Shown piece after piece: positions 50,107 through 63,360 of a DNA stretch of 64,000 nucleotides. Positions within the stretch are counted from its first letter, which is position 1. Every line of letters begins with the position of its first letter. Where the stretch lies: the NCBI GenBank assembly GCA_965112155.1, contig OZ218111.1; one strand, given 5' to 3'. The notes under the pieces are model-generated. The model searched no databases and was not told the DNA's origin. It saw only the letters and a program-made list of their open reading frames with translations. The translations under genes were made by a program, and so were the position numbers. Source of the stretch: Podarcis liolepis (taxonomy: Eukaryota).

Positions 50107-50433
50107 AAGTTAATTTATTTCTTAAAATATTTTTCATAGATGTACCCTAAAGATGCATCACCTTTAAAGAGGCTTTCCCTGCTGTCTTTCACATTGGGCA
50201 GAAAGCTCTTCCAAGATGATGCCTGCTATGACTCATATTCTTCATCTAAAGACAAAGAATATAACCAGCTTCAGAGTAATTGTGTTTTCCTGTATGCAAA
50301 TTTAATTGACTCGTCATCAGTTAGTGACCAAGATTTCTTGAACAGTGTGACAATGCTAACCGGATTGCAGATGGGGCTTTTGGACTAATAACAATGATAT
50401 TTTGTGTATTAAATTCTGTATATTTTGATCCAG

Positions 50434-50578
50434 GTGTACGCTTGGGGCTGTGGTGCATGTCTCGGATGTGGGTCTTCAGAAGCTACAGCGCTCAGGCCCA
50501 AGCTGATTGAAGAGCTGGCTGCAACGCGGATAGTGGATATTTCAATTGGGGACAGCCACTGTTTGGCACTTTCTCATG
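50434..50578 (+). CDS. HERC1: HERC1 exon VYAWGCGACLG...LALSH
   Basis: AG/GT, 145 nt. Confidence 0.95.
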
Positions 50579-50682
50579 GTAAACTATAATGCTTATGTAA
50601 TACTAAAGCTTATGGCAAATGCACATTGGTTTTCAAGTGTGTTCAACACTGTTATTATTACTATTACTTGTTTTTTATTTAG

Positions 50683-50854
50683 ATAATGAAGTTTATGCTT
50701 GGGGTAACAATTCCATGGGACAGTGTGGCCAAGGGAACTCCACAGGTCCCATTACAAAACCAAAGAAAGTGAGTGGCTTAGATGGAGTAGCAATTCAGCA
50801 GATTTCAGCTGGAACATCCCATAGTCTTGCCTGGACAGCCCTTCCCAGAGACAG
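50683..50854 (+). CDS. HERC1: HERC1 exon DNEVYAWGNN...ALPRDR
   Basis: AG/GT, 172 nt, last RCC1 repeat of RLD1. Confidence 0.95.
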
Positions 50855-51090
50855 GTAAGTAATTATATACTGATAATAACCAAACCATTTAATGTTTATG
50901 CATACCTAATGGAATGGGTCTTGGCTCCATCATGTTATGGTGCCTTTGAATCACAATGCTTTGTGCTTAACCAGATCCTCTCACTTATATATTCTTGGCA
51001 AGAAGAGCTTATTCTGTTTTTAACGAGTCATTATTTATTTTGATTGATGTTTAATTTTTGCTCCATGATCATCTTCTATTTGATTTGCAG

Positions 51091-51225
51091 ACAAGTTGTT
51101 GCCTGGCACAGACCATACTGTGTGGATCTTGAAGAAAGTACCTTCTCCCACCTCCGTTCTTTCCTTGAGCAGTATTGTGACAAAATCAACAGTGAGATTC
51201 CTCCTCTTCCTTTCCCATCCTCAAG
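51091..51225 (+). CDS. HERC1: HERC1 exon QVVAWHRPYC...PFPSSR
   Basis: AG/GT, 135 nt. Confidence 0.95.
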
Positions 51226-51269
51226 GTATTTGTTTATGTGGCATATATGCTATCCTGTTGATTTTTTAT

Positions 51270-51270
51270 A

Positions 51271-51313
<43 letters not shown>
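51270..51313. repeat. (ATT)n microsatellite
   Basis: Seen directly. Confidence 0.95.
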
Positions 51314-52720
51314 GGCACATTCATGGATGAAAAGTCTTGGCTTGCATTTCCAGAATGAGAGTTCAGATTTGTGTAATAGTATTAGGGCTGGGCAATATAT
51401 ATCAATATATCATCCAAAACTGGTTTGAAGTCAATATAGTTTTATCAGTTTCATAATTTTTGACATGACAATATATCACGAATCATGATATGTGTGTGTC
51501 CATGTCTGTGTGTGTGCTATGCAAAAATCACAATGTGGGAAAAACCATGAAGGCAGTCAGTGCTTCTCTTGATTTCTGCAACCCCTGTTAACTGCCAGCT
51601 CAGCTCTCCCCTGCCTTATGCAGGGGTCATCAAATCACAAGAGCAGACACCGGTAAAAATCATCATGCAGGAAAAACTGTGAAGCTAGCCAATGCTTCTG
51701 CATAACGCCATCCTTATTTCAGACATCATGATATATTGGTTCAGTTACCTCTGGAAGCAGCTCTGCAGTTGAAACCTCCCATTTGGTGGGATTTGCCATC
51801 AAATGCTTGCGCCTGTGTGGACCCAGCAGGATCTTTCCTTCACTTGGAATATGGTGTTGGTTGCCAAGGGCAATTGGAAGGGTTCTTTCAGTTTTACTGT
51901 AGCTCTTTACGTCAGGCTGGATGGAAGGACCAATGAGTCAGCTTATTTCTGGGAAAGAGGAAAAACTAACAACATTTGATCAGCTCTGTGTGCAAAGTCT
52001 TAGAAACTTCTTCAACAGTAAAGTCTCTCTCCTCTTAAAACTCATTTTCGGGGTATTGGCATTTAGATGTTTGTAGGGAAAACATTTAAACCCTCAACTC
52101 AAGAAAATTAATCTGAAAATACAATTGAAACTATATATATACATTTAATCAAAGGTGTTCTTTCTTTATGATAAACATTATTATCAAACTTAAGCATAAT
52201 GCATAACAATATTTCACTGGGTGGTTATACTGCTCTGTCACATCCCACTGCTGCCCAGCCGGTGTTAGGTTTGCTACGATAAAGAATTAAAATTACAAAA
52301 AAGTAATAACCAATGCAAAATCATTCTTAAGCAAAGCAGTTGAAATCAGCAGCAGATAAAACCGGATAAAACCAAATAAACAGCAGAAGAAAAGCCAGTC
52401 TCAGCAGAACAGCAGAAAAGCCACAAGCCAAAGGCACAATGAAACAAAAAGGCTCTGTTTCTTCTGAATTCTAAAAGCAAAGGGTCCTGGTGGGTTTTCA
52501 TGGGGTGTGTTCCTCATTGTCTGTGCTATTGCTGAGCCCTGAATGTTGTTTGGTTGTATTGTGACAGTTACACCAACTAAACCATTGTAAGACTATTGTG
52601 ATATGTGAAACTTTTTGTTCAGATGCTGGGCATGAGTACTGTAGAAGGGAAAATGTACCTGATAGCAATAACTGGAGATCACAGGTAAGCCTGGGTTAAT
52701 GGCAATCCCTTGTTTTTCAG

Positions 52721-52886
52721 GGAGCATCACAATTTCCTGAAGTTGTGTCTGAAGCTGCTCTCAAACCACCTTGCTCTTGCATTAGCTGGCGGAGTAGCTA
52801 CAAGCATACTTGGAAGGCAGGCTGGCCCGCTTCGGAATTTATTGTTTAGATTGATGGACTCTTCTGTTCCAGATGAAATACAGGAG
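52721..52886 (+). CDS. HERC1: HERC1 exon EHHNFLKLCL...PDEIQE
   Basis: AG/GT, 166 nt. Confidence 0.95.
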
Positions 52887-53589
52887 GTAAATCTCCAAAG
52901 TGGACCACACTTGCTTGTGTTTTTGGGTTGTGTGCCCTATTAATTCAAGTTGGGAAGGCAGTCTAAAAATCTGACACCTAGAAACTCAGATCAATATTCT
53001 GCCACAAGTTCTCTAACTTACCTGACTGTTTTATCACACTCTGTTAAGCTGAAGCTAAAGTGTGTGTGTCCACAGCTTTGTTCCCAAAGCAACACCACAC
53101 TCACAGTCACCCTCCAACTTAGGGAATTCCCAAAGTTTGTTAAAATACAAAAATACTTACACATAACTGCTCCTGCACCCTGTTGTACACTAAATGCTTA
53201 CTCTTGTGCAGGAGAGCTGTTCAACAGTGGAACAGTCATGCTCAGGAGGTTGTGGCCTGTCCTCCATTGGATGTCTTTAAGCAGAGGTTGGATGGCCATC
53301 TGTGATTGATGCTTTAGTTGAGACTCCTGCATTGTAGGGTTTGGACTAGATAATCCTTGAGGTCTCTTCCAACTCCTCAATTCTATGATTCCAGGAGATA
53401 GGGAAGGAAGTAAATGTTGCACAGCTTATAGCAGTTAATGGGCATCTAGTCTTTTCAGTTGATACATTGAAACTAGTGTGCAGAGTGGGTGCAGAGCTAT
53501 AATTTCAAAATGCGTAAGGTGAAATGTTTCAGAAATGCTTTCCAGGGTAAGTTGAAATCGTCTCAGCAACCTCTCATTCCACTTCTTAG

Positions 53590-53715
53590 GTTGTAATTGA
53601 AACTCTGTCAGTTGGAGCCACAATGCTACTGCCTCCATTGAGAGAGAGGATGGAATTGCTGCATTCCCTTCTACCCCAAGGTCCTGACAGATGGGAGAGC
53701 CTGTCAAAGGGGCAG
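53590..53715 (+). CDS. HERC1: HERC1 exon VVIETLSVGATMLL...SLSKGQ
   Basis: AG/GT, 126 nt. Read manually; it is not in the ORF track. Confidence 0.95.
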
Positions 53716-54605
53716 GTAAAAAGTCTCTTGGAATTAGCATTTGCTTGAACATTCTTCCATAGTAGCCACTATGGAGGATAACATGGTGTTATTCAGCTGA
53801 GGACATAAATTCTATGCTGCTGTGTAGTGTGTAGGTTGGGGATAAGTAAGCAAAAAAAATCTTCATTTTGTTTCCAGAGTAAGATGTAATTATGTGGGTC
53901 AGAGGGACAATGGGTGACTTTGCTGGTGGCCAACTGAATTACAGGGATATCACACAACAGGATGCTGGACTGAAGACTCTAGCAGGCTGGGAGAGGGGGG
54001 TAGTATTGGAACTGTGCTCCCATTCTGAAGCTGTTCTCTACACCGCTACTAGGAACAAGGTGGGGCTTCTGAATAAAGAGTTTTACTGGACAAGTTTGAT
54101 ACAAACATCGTCTAGTTGCAATACAGAGAAATGTATCTTTGGTTTTTCTTAAACCATTATGAGATCCTACTCTGGGACAATCGCTTAAACCATAGTTTGG
54201 CAGTTCAGATGCAATTGCTAACTATGGTTTGAATGATATAGAAACAAAGAAGCTTGTGAAAGAAAGCACAGTTATATTTCTTCTTCAGGTGTATAGTTAC
54301 TTTCCTATTTATAGAATTAATTTTGCTATTTTCAAAGAACAAGTTACATTTACCAGTATTATGTCCCAGTTATTCAAAACATTAGGTTAACATTGCTAAA
54401 TATGATACACAAATCATATTACTTGCATACAGTGACAATATATAAATTAAGTGCTATCTGGTTGCCCTTTATATTCCAGTTTGCCCTTCGATCCTTAACA
54501 AGTTTCATGTTCATGAAAATAAAACATTTTCATGTTGATTTTCTAATTGGGTTTTTCTCTCTCAAGAATTATAAATGAAGAAAATTGCCTATTTTTTTTC
54601 TTCAG

Positions 54606-54827
54606 AGAATGCAATTGGATATTATTCTGACGAGTTTGCAGGACCATACTCATGTAGCCTCCTTGCTTGGCTATAGCTCACCACCTGATGCTCCAGATGT
54701 TTCCTCACTCTGTATTGCCTATGGGACTATTGCTGATCCAACATATGATGTCCAGAGTAATCATCCAGATACTCATCTGGCTGAAATTTTAATGAAGACC
54801 CTTCTGCGAAATTTAGGATTTTATACA
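54606..54827 (+). CDS. HERC1: HERC1 exon RMQLDIILTS...NLGFYT
   Basis: AG/GT, 222 nt. Confidence 0.95.
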
Positions 54828-55771
54828 GTAAGCTTAGAATTTGAATTTTATTTCTGAATACCAATTAAGTTGGAATTGTTTCATACAGTCGTTCCCAGTT
54901 GGTGCTCTGCGGACCTCCTGGGGTCTGTGGCACCATTCACATAACAAAAACTTCCATAGTGGTGTCAAAGTAGGGGATCCATGGCTTGACTTTTGAAAAA
55001 TGGGGGGTCTACAGTACTTAACCAATTGGAAACTTGATTTAATACAACAAACTAGGACAGAGGTGAATTGGAAAGGGATTTGCCCATCCCAAAAACGCCC
55101 TCACTTTACAGCAACGTTCAGTGGGGACTATAAACTATGCAACAACCATCACCTATTCAGAGTAAGGGGTGCAAGTAATTGTCCTCACTCTGAATTGGCT
55201 TTTTGACATTGCCATGTAGTCATATCCAACTATATAGTTCTGCAGTATCATTGCACTGACTACATGATTCCTGATTGGCTAGGATCATGTTGCCAGCACA
55301 AATATGACAGTATTCTTTAAAAATTGTGTTGAAGCAGTTGTCAAGAGAGGCACAAACCTGGCGTTGTTCTTGAAAACTCATTTTTATATGCAGAAGCTAC
55401 CAGCTGCTTGGTCCTTTTTTTCTTTAGTCAGCTCCTTTTTAAAGTTGCATATTAGTTGGATTTCTTTCAGACTCTTCTTCCTTCAGCTTATTTGGGGGCA
55501 AAACTGAAACTTTTAGTTATTACTGGAAACTACCAGTGGCTTTCCATTAACAAAAGCATTGGGTTGTATCTAATGCTAGTCCTAGACCCATTGAAGCTAA
55601 TAAACATGACTAACTTAGGTCCATGGATCTTTCACTTTGACTGGGACTTAATTGAACCCATAGTTTATAAGATTCTGAGTAAGAGGAGCCAGGTTGAAGT
55701 TGCCTAGGCATAAAAATAAGAAAGATGAGAATGATATGAAAATGTACATGATTATTCTTGTAACTGTCTAG

Positions 55772-55924
55772 GATCAAGCATTTGGGGAGCTGGAGAAGAA
55801 CAGTGACAAATTTTTACTTGGAACATCATCATCAGAAAACAGCCAGCCTGCTCATCTACATGAGCTGTTGTGTTCCCTGCAGAAACAACTTCTGGCATAT
55901 TGTCATATCAACAGTGTTAGTGAG
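55772..55924 (+). CDS. HERC1: HERC1 exon DQAFGELEKN...INSVSE
   Basis: AG/GT, 153 nt. Confidence 0.95.
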
Positions 55925-56434
55925 GTTAGTGCTGTGACTTTTCATATGTATTGATGAGTATACTTGCTCCATAATGGGTGGAACAAAAAGGACCAATAAG
56001 GATATTTGGCTCTGACTTTTAGAAATCTGATTCTGTGAACAGAAGTTCATCATTCCCTCCTATTTTCAGTGTTCAGAGGTAAGTGGTGGTGCTTATGCAG
56101 CCAAAACAACACAATTCATGCGCAAGAGAGAAGTATTAGCAAGTGCAGGGAAAACCCAAGATTTGCAGTACAAAAAACCTTTTTTTAAAAAAACCTAGGG
56201 GGGAGAACCCTGCTCAAATCATCCCAGGGAGAACTGATCATACTCAGTGGCAAGAGAATGGTGCCTAGCTTTTAGAGGGGAAAATGGAGAAATTGTGTGG
56301 GAGGCAAAGTAATGGAATGGAGTCTCCAGGAGTAGGGCCATAGCTAGTTGGCTTGAACCCTAAACTCCATGCTGCAACATATTGTTGCAAGTTTCCATTT
56401 GTAAGCATATTTAGAATGTTTCTTTTGTTCCCAG

Positions 56435-56567
56435 AATTCAAGTAGTGTGTCGCTCCTGCACAAGCACCTTCAACTTCTACTGCCTCATGCTACAGATATC
56501 TATTCCCGCTCTGCTACTTTGCTGAAGGAGAGTTCTTGGAATGGTAGTGTTGGGGAAAAACTAAGAG
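56435..56567 (+). CDS. HERC1: HERC1 exon NSSSVSLLHKH...VGEKLR
   Basis: AG/GT, 133 nt. Confidence 0.95.
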
Positions 56568-57411
56568 GTGTGTGTTACTTATTAGATCATGCGTAATATA
56601 AGGAATGTGAGCAGCAGAACCGAACAAGTTTGTTTTTTAAATGAGTCCATTTGCTGCTCAGGTTTTTTGCCAGTTGTCTCTTCTTTTGCCAGATCTTGTA
56701 CTGGTATATTTAGATGTCTTTGCAATCTGAGAATTTAGGTATCAACTCTTAGAAGGAAATACAACAAAACAGCACATGTCTTTCAAGACCTCTTCCTCAC
56801 CTTTCCACTCCTTTTTGGGAGTTCTCTAGGTGCCTTTCATCATAAAAGCAAGTTACACAGTTACCCTAAAGCCAGTAAAAATGCAACAGAAAAAAGCAGC
56901 AGTGAATAAACCAGAATAGGGGGTGCACACCAAAAGGGGGGGGGGACAGTGGTCAAGCCAAAAGATCTTTATGCGTTGACTTAAGACTATCCAGGAGGGG
57001 AGGAGGTGAATTTCTCTGGCTGGAAGTTCCACATTGTGGCACTGCTATAGAAAGGCCCTTGCCCTCATTCCCACCAACAGCGCCTCAGATTGTGGTGCAG
57101 TGGGGAACACAGAAGAGTCTTTCCTGCGGGCCACAGTGAATGGGCAGGCTATAGCCTGTCAATTCAGTATGAATTAAAATGGCTCCACCAACCTACCCTT
57201 GTTTGGGAACTATATTTAGTTTTGGAGACCCTCATTATCCCTTTGCCACAGAGCGGGATAACAAATAACAATAAGAATCTCACAAAGATTTATATTGCAA
57301 TACAGTTGTTAGTCTTTAAGATGCCACATCATTTGCTGCTGTTGAAAAATCCAACCATGGTTTCCCTTTTGGAATTTATTAATGAAGTTATCATTTCCCC
57401 CTCCATTGCAG

Positions 57412-57603
57412 ATGTAATTTATGTCTCTGCAGCCGGAAGCATGCTTTGCCAAATTGTCAATTCCTTGCTCTTACTGCCTGTATCAGTAGCCCGACCTTTA
57501 TTGAGCTATCTGCTGGATCTGTTGCCACCTCTGGATCGCCTTAACAGACTGTTGCCAGCTGCTGTTCTCTTAGAAGATCAGGAGTTACAGTGGCCTCTTC
57601 ATG
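57412..57603 (+). CDS. HERC1: HERC1 exon DVIYVSAAGS...LQWPLH
   Basis: AG/GT, 192 nt. Confidence 0.95.
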
Positions 57604-58360
57604 GTAAGGCATTCAGTGCAGTACTTCTGCCTTCTGAAAGATAGGAATTGTAGAATGCAAATATGCTTTATGAATTTTGGGTAAAATGTGTTGTTCACCT
57701 GAACTTACCTTGGTTTATGTGCCCACTCCCCCCCCCCATTTTTCTATGGTCAGCCCTCACCAGAAACAGCATCACCTCCTAGTTCTGGTGTACCAGTTAC
57801 TTGTGAGTACAGAGAAAGGATAGCAATTTCACAGTATGCTTTCACAGAGGTTCAGCTCTAGGACTTCTAAAGTAATCTGGAGGCCCAGTTGGCTAATTGC
57901 TGCTGCTATACCTACCACCTTTGTTAACGTGAGCACCAGCCCCTTAGGAATTAGCCTTGTTTTTTCCTAATCAGACCCCTGGTACATTTTGCTGTAGACA
58001 TTTTAAGGAGTATTTTTTAACCACTTCGGACATTACTAAGGTAATTGCGCTGAGTGTAAATCCCCAAGGGGGTCCTCCCTTGCTGAAGAGTTTTCTCTGA
58101 AATGAATTCTTCAATTAGGTCATGTGCCTTCAAATGTTTTTCATCCTGATCTTCATTCAGCTCAGTGGAGGTAAATGTATGTGAATGAATACATCCGTAG
58201 GTTGGTTCCTGCCACTGAAATGGGTGAGGAATTTGTTTTGGGAACTTGTGTAGACATTGGAACTTGCATGCTCAGTACAGATCACAGGATGGGTGGGTGG
58301 GCTTGCATATTCTATTCAGAAAAAAATGACTATTAATATTTCAGCTATTAATATTTCTAG

Positions 58361-58582
58361 GTGGACCTGAACTGGTTGATCCAGCTGGGGTGCCCTTACC
58401 ACAGCCTGCACAGTCATGGGTGTGGCTAGTTGACCTTGAGAGAACTGTGGCTCTGCTTATTGGACGCTGTCTTGGTGGAATGCTTCAAGGATCACCTGTG
58501 TCACCAGAAGAGCAAGATACTGCTTATTGGTTGAAAACACCACTGTTTAGTGATGGAGTTGAAATGGACATTCCCCAGTTAG
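58361..58582 (+). CDS. HERC1: HERC1 exon GGPELVDPAG...MDIPQL
   Basis: AG/GT, 222 nt. Confidence 0.95.
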
Positions 58583-60194
58583 GTAATCTCTTCAACTGCT
58601 TTATTGATGTGTGAATAAGTGGGCACACATGTGGATGCAAAGTTGTGGTTTGTTAGAATAATTATCTTGCTAACTCAGTCCAAAAGTCCATCTAGTTCGG
58701 CTTCCTGTCTCTTCAGAGTGGGCAGCCAGATGCATCAGAGAATCTCACAAGAGGACCAGGGAATTTCTGGCTTTAAAACCCCAAAAGGCAGGGCTTTAGG
58801 GAGAGTTCCACATGAGAGGGATGGTTCAGTGGGTTAGAAAGTGATGGGCTTGCAAAATTTCAAACTTTGGGTGTGTTTTTCTCTTTTCCTTTCTCAGTCT
58901 AGACTGAGGAAAGTGGGAAGACGTCATTCCCATATCCGGAGTAGTGCAGTCACTTTGCTAGTAGCAGAGAGAGCAATTTGCTTTTGTGCCCAAAAGGACA
59001 ATGACTATCTTCTAAATGGGGCGGAGTTTGTCTTAACTTAAAGCTGTCTTTCCTTGCTGCACTTATGCTTAAAATTTCCTTTTGGAACACAAGCACAATG
59101 CCACTTTGTTGGCTTTCTTCAAATTCCTCCTCCAAACCCACTTTTTTCAGGAGACTTCGGTATTGTCTTTCCCCCCACCATGTTCTACTGTAACTGTGTT
59201 GAAGCATATGTGACTGCAATGTAAATGCCTGTTTTTTCTCTTGTTTGTCTCCATCCTCTCCTTTCCTCTATGTTGAATTCTGCATTGTAAGATTCTCAGG
59301 ACACAGACCTGTTGTCTTGTGTTCTCTAAAGTGGCAAGCACATTGATGGTGCTGTATAAATGGTTAAGACCAGATTATCTTAGGGACTATACACAAGCCT
59401 ATCCCAATCTTGAGATTGTCATTGGTGATGCTTCTCCCTGCCCTGTCATTAATGACGTTCCAGTTGATGAGAACCAGAAACAGAACTTTCTCAGTTATGG
59501 CCCCATATTTGTGGGAGATTTGCCAGACCTGCTCCTTCCTTCAAAAGAAAAAAAGTGTGTATTCGTTTTTAGGAAGATTTATCAATTGCTTTGTTTAATT
59601 GCTAGCTTACTGCTGTTTGAATTGAATTTTTTTACTGGTTTTTAAACTGCATTTATACTTTCTTAGTAGTATTGCTTGCTGCTGTACAAATACTTTTTGC
59701 ATTGAAAAGACATCATTTGCCAATCTAGTGCCCTCCAGATGTTTTGGGCTTCATCTCCCATCAGCCCCAGCTAGCACAGCCATGCTCCTGTCAGCCCAGC
59801 ACAATATGGCCACGCTTGCTGGAGCCCAGAAGATCAGGAGGGCACCAGGTAGGCAAAGGCTGGTCTACACTAATAGCATTCTCTGAGTGCTGTTCATTGT
59901 GTAGCCAAAACACCATCCACACACGAGAGGAGGTATCAGTAGCCGTGGGGAAAGTACAAAAAAGGCTTCAGAAGAAAGTGAGGGGAACCCTCAGAAGGAC
60001 CTCCTGAGGACTGAGCATGCTTGCTGGCCATGGAATGCTTGATGTATTTGGGCTGCTGGGAGATGTATATGTATGGGGTGGCAGCAGTAGAATGGAAAAC
60101 AACATGGCTGGCTTGTTGGAACCCTTTTGAGTCAGGCCCCACTTGCAAGTACCTAAATAGATAAATAATGACATGAATTTTCCTCTCATTTTAG

Positions 60195-60368
60195 ACAAGT
60201 CCATGAGTTCCTTGTTAGAGGTAGCTCTTTCTGGAAATGAAGAACAAAAGCCGTTTGATTACAAGCTTTGCCCAGAAATCTCTGTCTTTGTGGATTTGGC
60301 TTTGGGGTGTGCGAAGGAGCCTGCTCGTAGCCTCTGGGTCAGCATGCAGGACTATGCAGTGAGTAAAG
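60195..60368 (+). CDS. HERC1: HERC1 exon DKSMSSLLEV...DYAVSK
   Basis: AG/GT, 174 nt. Confidence 0.95.
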
Positions 60369-61205
60369 GTAAGTTCTTGGAAGCAAAAGAGCGACCTCCC
60401 ACAGTGACAATAATTAAGCTTATCTGTGCTCATTTTGGAGGAGGGGCTCTTTCATTATTTGTTTAGTTAAAACAAAAACCCAGGGTGTGGATCCACCTAG
60501 AATTCTTAAAATTTCAGTGAAGTCCTTGGGTTGGGGCACACCATTTGAGAAACCACTTTGTCATGGCCATTTTAGTTTAGAAAGGATTTGTATTTTCTGC
60601 AATTAGTTGCATTTCTGTTGTAGTCAACTTGCTTATTAAAATAACTGTACATTGGGCATCTGCTGGCACAACCATATTGTTTAAAGCAGTTTTAGACATA
60701 ATAAATAGCAACTAGCATAGAACTACATAACCTTCTGCCTGCTGACCACACCTCATGGCAATGAAGTGTATCTGCCATTACTCTGAAAAACCCATCCCAA
60801 TTTGATAGCCCACTTCATATAACTTGGTGCTATTTCATGGTGTGAGTGGGTAGGAGTGCAATATTTTGGGGTGAAGTCCTTATTGAGGCTTTTAGCAAGC
60901 TCTGCTCACTGATCATGCCACATGGCTATTGCAAAATGAAAAAAGGAAGTTCCCACTAGCAAGACAGCAGAGCTTCATGTGAATTTAGGGCCCACTCTTA
61001 CCTCTGGCTCCGCCCACCACTGGCATTCATCCCCAGAAGGTTTTCCATTGAGGGAATGCAGCCCTTGGGGTGAAAAAGATTCCCCACTCCTGGTTTAAGG
61101 CAAAAATGCAGGCTGAATTATGGAAATACGGCTGAATAATTTGATGCTGTTTTAACTGTGAATATTTCAGGAAACTGATCAGTTCCTTTTCCCCTACCTC
61201 TTCAG

Positions 61206-61320
61206 ATTGGGATAGTGCCACCCTGAGTAGTGAGTCGCTTTTGGATACTGTGTCTAGATTTGTTCTTGCTGCCCTCCTGAAACATACAAATTTGCTTAGT
61301 CAAGCAAGTGGTGAGAGCAG
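61206..61320 (+). CDS. HERC1: HERC1 exon DWDSATLSSE...QASGESR (GC donor)
   Basis: 115 nt. The frame is maintained only with the CAG|GCAAGT donor. Confidence 0.9.
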
Positions 61321-61412
61321 GCAAGTACCCAAAAAGCATTTTGAGACCTTTCCCCCTTGTGTTAGAGAGATTTCCTGTACTCTTAGCCTTATGTAACTTT
61401 TGTGTCTTTTAG

Positions 61413-61533
61413 GTATCAGCCTGGCAAAGCCTTAGTAGAAGTATATCGGTGTGTGTATAAAGTGCGGAGTCGTTTGCTTGCTTGCAAGAATATGGAACTT
61501 ATTCAGACTAGGTCGTCTTCAAGGGATAGATGG
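61413..61533 (+). CDS. HERC1: HERC1 exon YQPGKALVEV...SSRDRW
   Basis: AG/GT, 121 nt. Confidence 0.95.
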
Positions 61534-62548
61534 GTAAGACTAAAGACTGGCACTTCAGCTCCTCTTTCTTACGTAGTGCAGGAAAATTGGTTTAACATGA
61601 AAGACTGCATAGTTGATTATTGTTTTGAGGCCAACAATTATGTGAGCCTTTGTCTACAGTTTTGCTCACTTTCAATCCTATTTAGATGTGCCCCAGTATA
61701 TTTATTTCAGTTTCAAATTTTTGCTTGGTTCTGTTTTCTCTGTAGCTAGGGTTTTGTTTTTTAAAAAACATTCCTTTGTTTTACAGCATGTTTTACTTTT
61801 GGGGGGGTGGGGGGGTTCTATGAATAACACTGTGTTTTTAAATTAATTTGCCTACTGCTTTGAATTGTGGGGCAGTGGTTTATAAGGCTTATGTTGGTAG
61901 CTGTTTCTTCCGTTAACTGGACTTGTGAGAAGCTTCTCTGCTTCCTGGTCAAACTGCTTTGAGAAGGAAGAAAAGGGATCTTCTAGCTCTAAATTAGGGA
62001 GGCTTTTCTTGCCTGCTTTCCTATCTTCCTTGTTCTTAAGAAGGAGGTTGCTGAACTAGTTGAAGTTTCCTGATTTGATTCATCATGGATCTTTTTCTGT
62101 TCTTCTGCTCCCGCCAAAGCAGTTACAGACTTGGCATGTTGGTGCCATTCCTCTTGCATTGTCCCTCCCCTTAGAAGGTTCCACAAAAAGCCTTGTCATT
62201 ATTGTCACAAGTATAAAATGGTTGTCTGCATCCACTCACACAAGCACAGATAGTGGAATTATTACTCCATCGCTTCAAAATTTTTTGCAGAGGCAGTCAT
62301 CCTGTGACCTGTGCTTATGGTGAAGCAATTTTACCACTGCCATTTTACTATGAATTCAGCTCCACAGCCTGAAAGGACTCTGTGAGTCCACTGCTGTTCA
62401 GCACAATCACTACTGTTTCCTGTTTTAATTATGGGGCAGATTTTTTTCCAGCTTGAAGCCAACCTTCCAGGGGCCTTGTGCCAGTGGTGGATGGGGTCAG
62501 AGGCAGAAGTGGGTGGATGTGATTCTTACCTCCGTACAGAACACTATA

Positions 62549-62764
62549 CAGTGGTACCTCGGGTTAAGTACTTAATTCATTCCGGAGGTCTGTTCTTAAC
62601 CTGAAACTGTTCTTAACCTGAAGCACCACTTTAGCTAATGGGGCCTCCTGCTGCCGCCACACCGCCGGAGCACGATTTCTGTTCTCATCCTGAAGCAAAG
62701 TTCTTAACCCGAGGTACTATTTCTGGGTTAGCAGAGTCTGTAACCTGAAGCATATGTACCACTG
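62549..62764. mobile_element. Tigger/pogo-like MITE
   Basis: TA-CAGTGGTACCTCGGGTTAAG...GTACCACTG-TA. Internal TTCTTAACCTGAA subrepeats; the right TIR is partly deleted. Confidence 0.8.
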
Positions 62765-63013
62765 TATTCCATCCATACAAAAGTCAGGTTTCTACTTACC
62801 CTCCAGGCAAACAAAGTGCTATCATAGTTCAAGGACACATTCCAGCTGTGCTGCGGGAAAGGGTGTGTGACTTAAGGAAGAATCCTAGGGACCAGGCATT
62901 TGGCCCCCAGGCCTGAGGAACCTCTCCCCTGATTTTATTTAAGAACATACTTCTTATTAAGCAATGAATTCTTCATATCTTTGAACCTTACCCTCTCTCC
63001 TCCCCTATCCCAG

Positions 63014-63185
63014 ATGTCAGAAAATCCAGACTCTTTGGACATTGATGCCCAAGAGCACCCCTTTACTCGGACCATTGATGAAGAAGCAGAGATGGAAGAG
63101 CAGGCAGAAAGAGAAAGAGAAGAGGGGCACCCAGAACAAGAAGAGGAAGAGGAAGAAAGGGAGCATGAAGTTATGACAGCTGGCA
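63014..63185 (+). CDS. HERC1: HERC1 exon MSENPDSLDID...HEVMTAG (acidic segment)
   Basis: AG/GT, 172 nt. Confidence 0.95.
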
Positions 63186-63360
63186 GTAAGTAAAGTTTGG
63201 AAAAGATTCCACAGAAGCTTGTTCAGAGAGAGTCCTATTGAAATGAATGGGGCCTTCAACAGGAGTTTTAACTGTGATAAAAAAGTCACCTGAATAATTT
63301 TTACAGCCCTTGAGCTCTGCCTAGAAGTTAAGACCTTTGTTTTTGTGTTGCATGTTACAG

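Noticed and set aside
52887-54605. Apparent missing HERC1 exon judged from the ORF track
   Set aside because: The exon is present at 53590-53715 and intact. It is simply not listed in the ORF track.
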